Shown here: one piece after another, positions 7,554-15,213 of the stretch
How the letters are laid out: every line of letters starts with the position of its first letter
How positions within the stretch are numbered: position 1 is the first letter of the stretch
DNA from: Candidatus Nanohaloarchaea archaeon
GTDB taxonomy: Archaea > Nanohalarchaeota > Nanosalinia > Nanosalinales > Nanosalinaceae
Length of the DNA stretch: 17,290 bases
NCBI GenBank assembly: GCA_041640075.1
Contig: JBEQAY010000012.1
Coordinates: forward strand, 1-17,290
Direction of reading: 5' to 3'
The notes under the pieces: generated by a model
Database searches by the model: none
Seen by the model: the letters and a program-made list of their open reading frames with translations, nothing else
Told to the model about the DNA's origin: nothing
Made by a program: the position numbers and the translations under genes

Positions 7554-8042
7554 TCAGATTGGTCTCTCCACTACAGGACCATCATATCTATCCCAGAAAG
7601 TGTCTCGCATGTAACTCCAGCGGAGATCATCTGGATCCTCTCCTGTTGTGATAGCTACCATAGACTCGTCGAGATCAAAGTCTTCAAGTTTGTACTCATT
7701 AGAATCCAGTTTCTGATATACCTGTTCTGGCCAGTTCTCCTTGATCAAAATTCCATTGTTTCCCCATTCTTCCTCCAGATACTCCTGAAGTTCACTGTTC
7801 AGATAAGCCAATAACTCTGGGTTCTCATCCAGAATCTTACTTTTGACCTCTGTTTCATCTATCTGCGCGTCAAGAACTTCTTGAACCTCGCTGTAATCAA
7901 AAACACACCCCTTCTCATCTTGGTAAAAAGTTTCAAAGCTGGAAAGATCCTCCTCAATTTCCTGAGAAACCTCTACCTCAGTCAGCAGGTGATGAGCATC
8001 TTCTGTGAAGAAACCAACCCGTAAATTCTCATCTTCTAGCAT
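7554..8042 (-). CDS. hypothetical very acidic protein (162 aa)
   Basis: Long ATG ORF with halophilic composition; no motif recognised. Confidence 0.75.
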   Translation of the reverse strand: MLEDENLRVGFFTEDAHHLLTEVEVSQEIEEDLSSFETFYQDEKGCVFDYSEVQEVLDAQIDETEVKSKILDENPELLAYLNSELQEYLEEEWGNNGILIKENWPEQVYQKLDSNEYKLEDFDLDESMVAITTGEDPDDLRWSYMRDTFWDRYDGPVVERPI

Positions 8043-8157
8043 AAACCTAAATTGAGGTACCTCAAATAAAAAAGATAATACATCGTAATACGAATTTATT
8101 TAGATGAGATTCAGCTATTTAATTCTTACTAGACCCAGTTAAAATGTATGCTGAGTA

Positions 8158-8308
8158 GCCTCGATGGCTCAGCTTGGCTAGAGCGGCCCCCTTGTACGAA
8201 CTGGTTACGCTCGGATTCACACGCAATAAGCCGTCTTCGACGGCTTCCAAGAAACGGAACTGGTTCACAGAAAGGGGCAGGTCGAGGGTTCAAATCCCTC
8301 TCGGGGCT
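8158..8308 (+). tRNA. tRNA-Thr(UGU) with 76-nt intron (8197-8272) at position 37/38
   Basis: Acceptor GCCTCGA/TCGGGGC with U73, D stem GCTC/GAGC, anticodon stem GCCCC/GGGGC, loop CT-TGT-A^A, T arm GAGGG-TTCAAAT-CCCTC; CCA not encoded. Confidence 0.92.
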
Positions 8309-8376
8309 AATTAGGTTTCTTGTTAGTTTTTCTGGTTTCTGAAAGTTTTTTGAGTTGAAGTTACTAACTTGGTTTT

Positions 8377-9102
8377 GTGCAGGTTTTTTCGTCAAGAAGA
8401 AGGAAACTGGAATCGGTGTTGATGTTTTCTCTAATAGGTTTTGTTGCTTTGCTTGGGAGGGATTTTATTTCGATATCGGTTCTCTCTGATCCTGAAGCTT
8501 TGGCCGGTCTGATAGGGCCTTATGGCTATGCCGGTATAATTTTCACACAGTTTGCTCAGGTCTTGATTGCACCTTTACCACCTGTCACCCCTGTTGTCAG
8601 CGGAATGCTGTACGGCGTGGTTGTGGGTACTTCTCTCAGTTTTGTGGGTGCTGCTATCGGAAGTCTGGCGGCATTGCTTATCGGTAAGAGGTTTGGAAGG
8701 CCTACGGTACGCAGGTTTCTCTCAAATGAAGCACTGGAGAAATTTGACAGGTACACCTCAGGGCATGGATACCTTCCTTTCGTGGTCCTGTTTGTTTTTC
8801 CCGGCTTCCCGGATGATGCTCTTTGCTTCATCGCAGGTCTTACTGATCTTGACTGGAAGAAACTGTTTTTGATCGCGTCTTTCGGCAGAATACCTGGTAT
8901 AGCTCTTCTTGCAATGACAGGAAGCAGTGCAGCACAGGCTAATACTACAGTCTTCCTGATTTCAGCCTCTGCAGTCCTGACAATTAGCCTATTGTCCATA
9001 AAGTATGAGCGAAAAATGGAGAAGCTCGTGCTGGATATAGAGGAGGAAGGCCTGAGTATCTTTAGAGAACTCAGAAGTTTTGGAGGTTCTCTTAGCCGAT
9101 GA
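8377..9102 (+). CDS. DedA superfamily TVP38/TMEM64 (VTT domain) membrane protein
   Basis: QVLIAPLP, SGMLYG, GAAIGS, FVFPGFPDDALCFIAGLT and GRIPG motifs; start uncertain. Confidence 0.88.
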   Translation: MQVFSSRRRKLESVLMFSLIGFVALLGRDFISISVLSDPEALAGLIGPYGYAGIIFTQFAQVLIAPLPPVTPVVSGMLYGVVVGTSLSFVGAAIGSLAALLIGKRFGRPTVRRFLSNEALEKFDRYTSGHGYLPFVVLFVFPGFPDDALCFIAGLTDLDWKKLFLIASFGRIPGIALLAMTGSSAAQANTTVFLISASAVLTISLLSIKYERKMEKLVLDIEEEGLSIFRELRSFGGSLSR

Positions 9103-9698
9103 ATATTGAAACAGAGAACTCAGAGATTATTTTTCTTGTAAGCATGTTTTTGCTTGGAGTCTTGAACATCATCACCTACCCATACATGCCGTTTAATGGT
9201 CTGCTGCTGACGTTGTTTTTCCTGTCTCTGTCTTCCATAGCTGTGGTGCTGGAACATCGTCGAAGCCGGTCTCTGAGTTTCTACTGGATACTTCTTTCCT
9301 CTTTTAATCTTACAGTGCTTTTCAGCAAGGTTTTCGTCAACACTGCAGGTATCGGCACACCAAGAAGTACGGGTAGCCTGGGACCTGTCCCAGTAGAACA
9401 GCTCTGGATCGACGGATTACACGTCCATCATTACTGGCTAGGTGTTCTGCTGATTGCAGTAGCTGTTTATATGTTTAAGACGCAGTTTTCAAAGATTAAA
9501 ACGGCTGCTTTTCTGGGTTCAGGCCTTGCACTCGTTGTAGATGAATTTGGGATAATAATTGCAGGTCACAGCTATCACAGCAACATCTCTTACATCTCAC
9601 TGGCTGCAGCGAATACTTTTCTTTTCATACTGTTTGTCAGGTCGGAAAGCTCTGCTGAATCCGTTCTAGAACAGTATATCTCTGTTTTAGGAGATTAA
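9099..9698 (+). CDS. multi-pass membrane protein with HxHH...DE motif
   Basis: About 6 hydrophobic segments; GLHVHHYWLG and GSGLALVVDEF; ATGA overlap with the DedA gene. Confidence 0.8.
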   Translation: MNIETENSEIIFLVSMFLLGVLNIITYPYMPFNGLLLTLFFLSLSSIAVVLEHRRSRSLSFYWILLSSFNLTVLFSKVFVNTAGIGTPRSTGSLGPVPVEQLWIDGLHVHHYWLGVLLIAVAVYMFKTQFSKIKTAAFLGSGLALVVDEFGIIIAGHSYHSNISYISLAAANTFLFILFVRSESSAESVLEQYISVLGD

Positions 9699-9730
9699 AA
9701 TACGAAAATAGGTTAATCAGAGATATTTTT

Positions 9731-9979
9731 CTAGCTCTCTATCTCTTCTATCTTTTCTTCCAGCTTCTGCTCCGCTTCTCCTGTAGTACCCCAGTGAGCT
9801 ATCAGGGCTACAGAAAGCAGGAATATCAGGAACCAAGCCATGGTTTCGTAGGCCTGAGGTACGTACATGGAGAAAAGTCCGCTGATCACACCTTCAAGAG
9901 AGAATACGATTATAACAGGTCCTATAATCTCTCGTGGAAGAAAATGGTTGAAATATGTACTTATTTTTTCTCTTTCCAT
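9731..9979 (-). CDS. small two-TM membrane protein
   Basis: Two hydrophobic helices and a charged tail; 3 nt downstream of the 88-aa gene. Confidence 0.72.
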   Translation of the reverse strand: MEREKISTYFNHFLPREIIGPVIIVFSLEGVISGLFSMYVPQAYETMAWFLIFLLSVALIAHWGTTGEAEQKLEEKIEEIES

Positions 9980-9982
9980 GCT

Positions 9983-10249
9983 TTATTCTTCCCTTGCTTC
10001 CTTCTCTTTCTCGAACATTTCAGGAAGCTCTTCGACGATATGTTCAACTGCTTTTTCGTCGGTTGGCACGGTGAACCGTTTGTTGTACTGCGGTTCTTCA
10101 TCGTTGTAGTAGCCCGTTGCTATCTGCAGGAAGCTGTTCTCAGATCCGTCGTCCTGGATCGCCTTGTTCCTGCTTACCTCAATGAACTTTTCTCCTGGGA
10201 AGTTTCCGTAGTCACGTCTTTCTTTCTCAATAGTCTCAAATTCTACCAT
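9983..10249 (-). CDS. small conserved-looking protein, possible PC4/PUR-like nucleic-acid-binding fold
   Basis: MVEFETI...FIEVSR...FLQIATGYY...FTVP followed by a helix (beta-beta-beta-beta-alpha pattern); fold is an inference. Confidence 0.65.
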   Translation of the reverse strand: MVEFETIEKERRDYGNFPGEKFIEVSRNKAIQDDGSENSFLQIATGYYNDEEPQYNKRFTVPTDEKAVEHIVEELPEMFEKEKEAREE

Positions 10250-10301
10250 GGTAGAGTTTTGAGATGGTAAGTTTTTGAATTTCCCTGACGTCAGTCTTTG
10301 T

Positions 10302-10685
10302 GTGAAAATCAGAGGTAAAGTTTTCTCCGGTATGGGTGTAGGACAGGAATACCTGGCACTTGACCCTTACCAGAGAAAGATAGAGAAAGTTACCGGTTTC
10401 AGGCCTTTTCCCGGAACTTTGAATCTCAGGGCTGACAGAGAAGTAGTTTCAGATGTTTTGGATAAGGCTGAAAGCTCCAGAATTGAATCCTTCGAGTATG
10501 AAGGAGAAAAATACAGTGGTGTAGATGTCTATCCTGTGGAGATAGAAGGTGTTGATGCAGCGGTACTGCGGATGGATGTAACAGATTACGGTCCGGAAGT
10601 CCTAGAGGTAGTGGCGGAGAAGAATCTTAGAGATGATCTGGATACTGAAGACGGCGATACAGTTGAAGTAGACTTCAGGAAATAG
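10302..10685 (+). CDS. ribK: CTP-dependent riboflavin kinase (archaeal type)
   Basis: GKVFSGMGVG, PFPGTLNL, LEVVAEKNLR...DGD; probable GTG start at 10302. Confidence 0.9.
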   Translation: MKIRGKVFSGMGVGQEYLALDPYQRKIEKVTGFRPFPGTLNLRADREVVSDVLDKAESSRIESFEYEGEKYSGVDVYPVEIEGVDAAVLRMDVTDYGPEVLEVVAEKNLRDDLDTEDGDTVEVDFRK

Positions 10686-10770
10686 TGAACGAAGGAAATT
10701 TTTTGGCCTGGAATTACTGGTTTGAAACCCTATGAGTTAAAGAAATCTGGCTTCCAAAATTTTTGCTGTA

Positions 10771-11361
10771 ATGTTTACAGGTATAGTGGAGACAACGACA
10801 CAGGTAAAAAGTATCGAAGACGCAGGAGAAGGAAAACGTATCTCTATCACGCGTCCAGAAGCTCTTGAAGACATGTCGGAGGGCGAAAGTATCTCTGTAA
10901 GCGGTGCCTGCCTCACCGTGGAAAGCTTCCAGGAGAATGCTGTAAAGTTTTTCCTGGCTGAGGAAACTCTGCAGAAAACATGGTTCTCGGAACTTGAAGA
11001 AGGTGATGAACTGAATATTGAGAAGTCTCTGACTCCCGAGGACAGGATGGGAGGCCATATTGTACAGGGACATGTAGAAACTCCTGCAGAAATCCTGGAG
11101 ATCGAGAAACTGGATGAAGGATGGAACTTCAAGTTTGAGAAACCTGATGAACTGGAGGATTTTCTTGTCCACAAAGGTTTCATAACGGTTGAAGGCATCA
11201 GCCTGACAGTAACCGAGATCGACGAGGAAAGTTTCTCTGTAACAGTTATACCGGAGACCTGGGAGAGAACGAATCTTTCGGAAAAAAGTGAAGGCAATTT
11301 AGTTAACTTAGAGCCGGATATGATGGGTAAGTACGTCCACAAAAACCTGCAGAACAGATAA
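10771..11361 (+). CDS. ribE: riboflavin synthase, bacterial-type alpha chain (RibC/RibE)
   Basis: MFTGIVE N-terminus, SGACLTV, GGHIVQGH, KGFITVEGISLTV, VNLEPD. Confidence 0.93.
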   Translation: MFTGIVETTTQVKSIEDAGEGKRISITRPEALEDMSEGESISVSGACLTVESFQENAVKFFLAEETLQKTWFSELEEGDELNIEKSLTPEDRMGGHIVQGHVETPAEILEIEKLDEGWNFKFEKPDELEDFLVHKGFITVEGISLTVTEIDEESFSVTVIPETWERTNLSEKSEGNLVNLEPDMMGKYVHKNLQNR

Positions 11362-11413
11362 ATTTTTTTTTTGGATTAAATTTGACTTGAGGATGGAAAC
11401 CACAGAACTTTTA

Positions 11414-11435
11414 TTTGTTACTTTTTGATAACAAA
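11414..11435. promoter_or_regulatory. imperfect 8-6-8 palindrome TTTGTTAC-N6-ATAACAAA, candidate operator
   Basis: Lies between a TTTTAT TATA-like box and ATG 11438; related copy at 99-120. Confidence 0.5.
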
Positions 11436-11437
11436 CT

Positions 11438-13111
11438 ATGGTAAGAGAGAAATCCGGGATGTATGACTTTGCAGACGAGAGCTGGAACCAGCGCCAGCAG
11501 GAGCGTCCGCTCCACGAGGTGGTTAAGGAGCCGGTCCAGAACTCTATGGATACAGGCTCAGATATAGAAGTTTCTATCCGTTACGAAGATAATTCGATAA
11601 TTGTAGAGGACTACGACTCTGACGGGGTAGAGGATATCTCGAACTTCACAACTGTTTTCCAGGGGACCAAGGGAGGAGATCCGAATACCAGAGGCCGCTT
11701 CGGTCGCGGATTGAAGGAGCTTGTAGGAGCTTCCGAAGTTACGCTTGCACAGTCCACAGGTGGAACTGTAAAATGGGATCAGAGCGATGAAGATGCGCCA
11801 AGAAAGGAGTATGGAAGGGTTGGACGTGACGAAGGGACGATGATCTACGCATCTAACCCTGAATGGGAGGAAGAGGATCTTGATGATGTGAAGCACTTTC
11901 TTGAAAGTATTATTCCGGAACAGGATATGCAGATCCGGCTTGAAGACGACAGAGGTTATCAAGAGACTCTGGAGTACGATCAGCCGGACAGGATCTATGA
12001 ATCAGTTCTCGAGGCAGCTAACGGTGAAGAAATGGAGACTGAGGTAGAGGTCAGAAGATCTGAGGAAGGTCAGGGAGGAATATTCGAGATGGGTATCCCT
12101 GTCACGACTGACGAGGATTTCCCTTACAGGTTCAACATACAGCAGACTGTTCCCATGGCGGAGCAGAGGCAGTCCGTCAGCAAAGGTTATCGTGGAGAAG
12201 TCTTGCACTCCCTCATCGAGAACGAGTTAGACTTCATACAGTTTGAGGAACTCAGGCAGGAGTACATTACAGATAATCTCAGAACCGGAGGCGAGATGGA
12301 TCTAGAAGTTGAACAGGGCTTTCTGGAGCGTTTCTTCAAGCAGCCGTTTGACTACCTCGCTCTATCGACTACTTCGGCAATCGATGATAAAGTTGAGCAG
12401 GCTGGCTACAAGGTCGTCAATCCTGATGAAGACAACCTTTCTAGAGGTGTCATGCACCTTGTGAATGACCATGTAGCGACCACTGCAGAGGTCGTCGAGG
12501 AGATGGAGCGTGGAGACACTCTTGACAAAGATATAGAGCCGTCAGAAGCACAGAGACGCTGGCTGGAATTTGTTGAAAACAGTATAATCGACCCGATCTG
12601 GGAGTGGAGCAGGAATGGTCATGGCGAGTTTGATCCGCACGATCACGGTACTCGTGAGAACGGAGAGCTTACAAGAACTCTAGATAAGGACACCAATCAC
12701 TCAACACCTATGGACATGAAGCCGAAGCCGGATGTAGATGTAGCATATCTGGAGAACCCGGACAGGAGCGACAGGTTTGCATGGTACGATGGATTAGACC
12801 ACGCTATCTACTTCAATGTGGCTGAAGCCGAGGATGAATGGGAAGATGTATGGTTCCAGGACTTCTTCGACGAATCCGAAGAACTAGGCTTCAATATACC
12901 TAAGTACCAGAGGATAGGTGTCGCACTCCATGAAGCTGCACATGCAGAAGCAGATTCTATGGAACACGACAACGAATGGATCAGCACGAACGATCTCATG
13001 ACAGGCAAGATGATTCAGAGATTGATGATTGAGAATAGACAACTGAGAAGAGATGAAGAAATAGAGGGAGAGCCTCCTGTGGGGAACGCTCCAGGTAAGA
13101 ATCTGGAATAA
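11438..13111 (+). CDS. GHKL-family ATPase fused to C-terminal HExxH metallopeptidase-like domain
   Basis: KEPVQNSMD, VEDYDSDG, RGRFGRGLKE and EGTMI Bergerat-fold motifs; LHEAAH-x7-H near the C-terminus. Confidence 0.82.
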   Translation: MVREKSGMYDFADESWNQRQQERPLHEVVKEPVQNSMDTGSDIEVSIRYEDNSIIVEDYDSDGVEDISNFTTVFQGTKGGDPNTRGRFGRGLKELVGASEVTLAQSTGGTVKWDQSDEDAPRKEYGRVGRDEGTMIYASNPEWEEEDLDDVKHFLESIIPEQDMQIRLEDDRGYQETLEYDQPDRIYESVLEAANGEEMETEVEVRRSEEGQGGIFEMGIPVTTDEDFPYRFNIQQTVPMAEQRQSVSKGYRGEVLHSLIENELDFIQFEELRQEYITDNLRTGGEMDLEVEQGFLERFFKQPFDYLALSTTSAIDDKVEQAGYKVVNPDEDNLSRGVMHLVNDHVATTAEVVEEMERGDTLDKDIEPSEAQRRWLEFVENSIIDPIWEWSRNGHGEFDPHDHGTRENGELTRTLDKDTNHSTPMDMKPKPDVDVAYLENPDRSDRFAWYDGLDHAIYFNVAEAEDEWEDVWFQDFFDESEELGFNIPKYQRIGVALHEAAHAEADSMEHDNEWISTNDLMTGKMIQRLMIENRQLRRDEEIEGEPPVGNAPGKNLE

Positions 13112-13140
13112 AAAGAGGGATTAATGGGTTTGGAGCTTTT

Positions 13141-14511
13141 CTAGAGCTGGTTGAATGCTCTCTGCACGACCTCGTTCAAAGCAGGGTGGATATGGATGGT
13201 GTTCTGAATGTCGGAAACTTTTCCGCTCCCGGACTTCATGGCAACCAGGACTTCATGGATCTGCTGTGATGCATGAGATCCGATAATGTGACAACCCAGG
13301 ATCTCTCCTTCCTCTGAGGCCAGAACTTTTACGAAACCGTCTTCCTCCTTCAGTGCCATACCCATACCGGTCTGCTCGTAATCATAGGTCGACTTAACAT
13401 ACTCGGTACTGTTCTCTTCAAGTTCCTGCTCCGTCTTTCCGACTCCTGCGATCTGAGGTGAAGAGAAAACTGCGTGAGGCATCGCAGTGTAATCAATCTC
13501 CTTCCTGTTTCCTGCGAAGGCGTTTACCAGGGCCACACTAGCCTCTTCATTAGCAGCGTGCTTGAAAGGGTGCTGTCCGATGATATCCCCTAGAGCGTAG
13601 ATATGGTCTACTGAGGTCTGCAGGTAATCGTTTACGTCTATAAATCCACGCTCATCTGTCTCTATATCTGTATTTTCTACCTTCAAGTTGTCGGTGTTAG
13701 GGACTCTGCCGGTTGCGAAGAGCAGTTCGTCAGCCTCGAAAATTTCCTCCCCTTCATCCGTCTCTGCAACTACTTCGACTCTCTTTCCTTTTTCAGAGAC
13801 TTCAGAGGCTTCTGTTTCAAGTTTAACGTTAAATCTTTCCTCTGCAAGCTCTGTGTACTTCTCTCCCACTTCTTTATCCTCGTTTTTGAGCATCCTGTCT
13901 CCACGTTCAAGAATGGTAACTTCGATACCCATCGCGTCGAAGAAATGCGCTAATTCGTTGGAGATGTATCCTCCTCCGACGATGATCATGTCTTCAGGTT
14001 TCTCACTTAGTTCAAGAGCTTCCTTACTGGTCATGTAGTCGACGTCTTCGATACCGTCTACCGGAGGTACGAAAGGTCTTGTTCCTGCTGCTACAACTAT
14101 TTTATCCGCTGTAATCTGGTCTTCATCCTGTTCGGCTCCGCTGACATCAAGAGTATTGTTATCTACGAATTCTGCCTCTGTCCTGTACAGTGTATGGTTC
14201 TCGGAGGACTTGATACCTTCCTCGATGTTTTCTGAGTCGGATTTGACTTCTTGGTTGACTTCTTCAACTATTTCCTGGAAGTCAATATTGTTTACTTCTG
14301 CGTCGATATGGAATTTTTCCGAGTCCTTTACTTCCTGTACTATGTCTGCGCGGTGGATCAGCATCTTTGAGGGTATGCAGCCTCTGTTCAGGCATGTGCC
14401 TCCTAATGGCCCTGGTTCTACTACTGCTACTTTTTTCCCGTGGCTTGCGAAGGCTGAAGCAACGTCCAGCCCTGATCCTGCACCTATAACGATCAAATCA
14501 AATTCTTCCAT
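13141..14511 (-). CDS. class I pyridine nucleotide-disulfide oxidoreductase (dihydrolipoyl dehydrogenase / mycothione-reductase-like)
   Basis: GAGSG, GGTCLNRGCIPSK, GGGYIS, ATGRVPN, YALGD, HIHPALNE. Confidence 0.92.
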   Translation of the reverse strand: MEEFDLIVIGAGSGLDVASAFASHGKKVAVVEPGPLGGTCLNRGCIPSKMLIHRADIVQEVKDSEKFHIDAEVNNIDFQEIVEEVNQEVKSDSENIEEGIKSSENHTLYRTEAEFVDNNTLDVSGAEQDEDQITADKIVVAAGTRPFVPPVDGIEDVDYMTSKEALELSEKPEDMIIVGGGYISNELAHFFDAMGIEVTILERGDRMLKNEDKEVGEKYTELAEERFNVKLETEASEVSEKGKRVEVVAETDEGEEIFEADELLFATGRVPNTDNLKVENTDIETDERGFIDVNDYLQTSVDHIYALGDIIGQHPFKHAANEEASVALVNAFAGNRKEIDYTAMPHAVFSSPQIAGVGKTEQELEENSTEYVKSTYDYEQTGMGMALKEEDGFVKVLASEEGEILGCHIIGSHASQQIHEVLVAMKSGSGKVSDIQNTIHIHPALNEVVQRAFNQL

Positions 14512-14587
14512 TTTATCTTTTCTACCTCTTGAGAAAAAGTAGGTTGAGTGAAATTAAAAATAATGAGCTGTGGGAACAGTAAGCTGA

Positions 14588-14689
14588 TTACTCCTGCTTC
14601 TTTTCCTCGATGATCTCCTGAAGTTCGTCAGCTGAATCTGCTCCGTCGCCGCATGCGATGCATACATCGTCGTCTTCTGTTTCTCCCAT
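14588..14689 (-). CDS. 33-aa acidic CxxC microprotein (MGETEDDDVCIACGDGADSADELQEIIEEKKQE)
   Basis: Below the ORF-track cutoff; SD GAGGTGA 8 nt before ATG, halophilic composition, same strand and directly upstream of the reductase. Confidence 0.72.
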   Translation of the reverse strand: MGETEDDDVCIACGDGADSADELQEIIEEKKQE

Positions 14690-14792
14690 AGTAATTTTCA
14701 CCTCTCAACCTATCTTTATGTTCCTTTCGTCTCGCTTTTGAATCACGGAGTTACCGGGAAGTCATCTGATACATGGTAACCCTACAAGACTA

Positions 14793-14809
14793 AGTTACTA
14801 TAAGTAACT
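14793..14809. promoter_or_regulatory. perfect palindrome AGTTACT-ATA-AGTAACT, candidate HxlR-family operator
   Basis: 7-3-7 inverted repeat in the divergent intergenic region, about 30 nt before the regulator ATG. Confidence 0.65.
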
Positions 14810-14838
14810 ACATAAGTGCTGGGGTCAACAAACATGGT

Positions 14839-15213
14839 ATGAGCGAACAGAAAGAGAAAGTGCCGGTAAAATGTGCAGGCGAGGACTGGTGTCCACTAAC
14901 AGCTACAGCAGGAATGATGTCAAAGAAATGGCATCCTGTGATAATCCACAGACTCCTGGAATCAGGTCCGATGGGGTTCAACGACCTGAAAGATGAAGTC
15001 GGAGGAATCTCCTCAAAGGTCCTTTCGGAAAGCCTCGAAGACCTCGGAGACAAGGGTATAGTCAACAGGGAGGTCATCAGCGAAAAACCTTTCCGCGTCA
15101 AGTACACTCTAACAGAGATCGGAGAGGAACTCGAACCAACCGTCAAAGAGATGATCAGCTGGGGAGAGAAGAACCTGAGAGAGGTCAAAGAAGAGGAAAA
15201 ATCACTCGTCTAA
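14839..15213 (+). CDS. HxlR/DUF24 winged-helix transcriptional regulator
   Basis: CPL...KKW..VII..L, FNDL...GGISSKVLSESLEDL, P.RVKYTLTEIG. Confidence 0.92.
   Translation: MSEQKEKVPVKCAGEDWCPLTATAGMMSKKWHPVIIHRLLESGPMGFNDLKDEVGGISSKVLSESLEDLGDKGIVNREVISEKPFRVKYTLTEIGEELEPTVKEMISWGEKNLREVKEEEKSLV

Noticed and set aside
8186..8278. Reading the intron-containing tRNA as Tyr(GUA)
   Set aside because: It would need C37 and a mismatched 27-43 pair. G1-C72, C2-G71 and U73 fit Thr, whereas archaeal Tyr uses C1-G72 and A73.
8129..8395. ORFs 8129-8395 (-) and 8148-8342 (+)
   Set aside because: They overlap the intron-containing tRNA-Thr and lack halophilic composition
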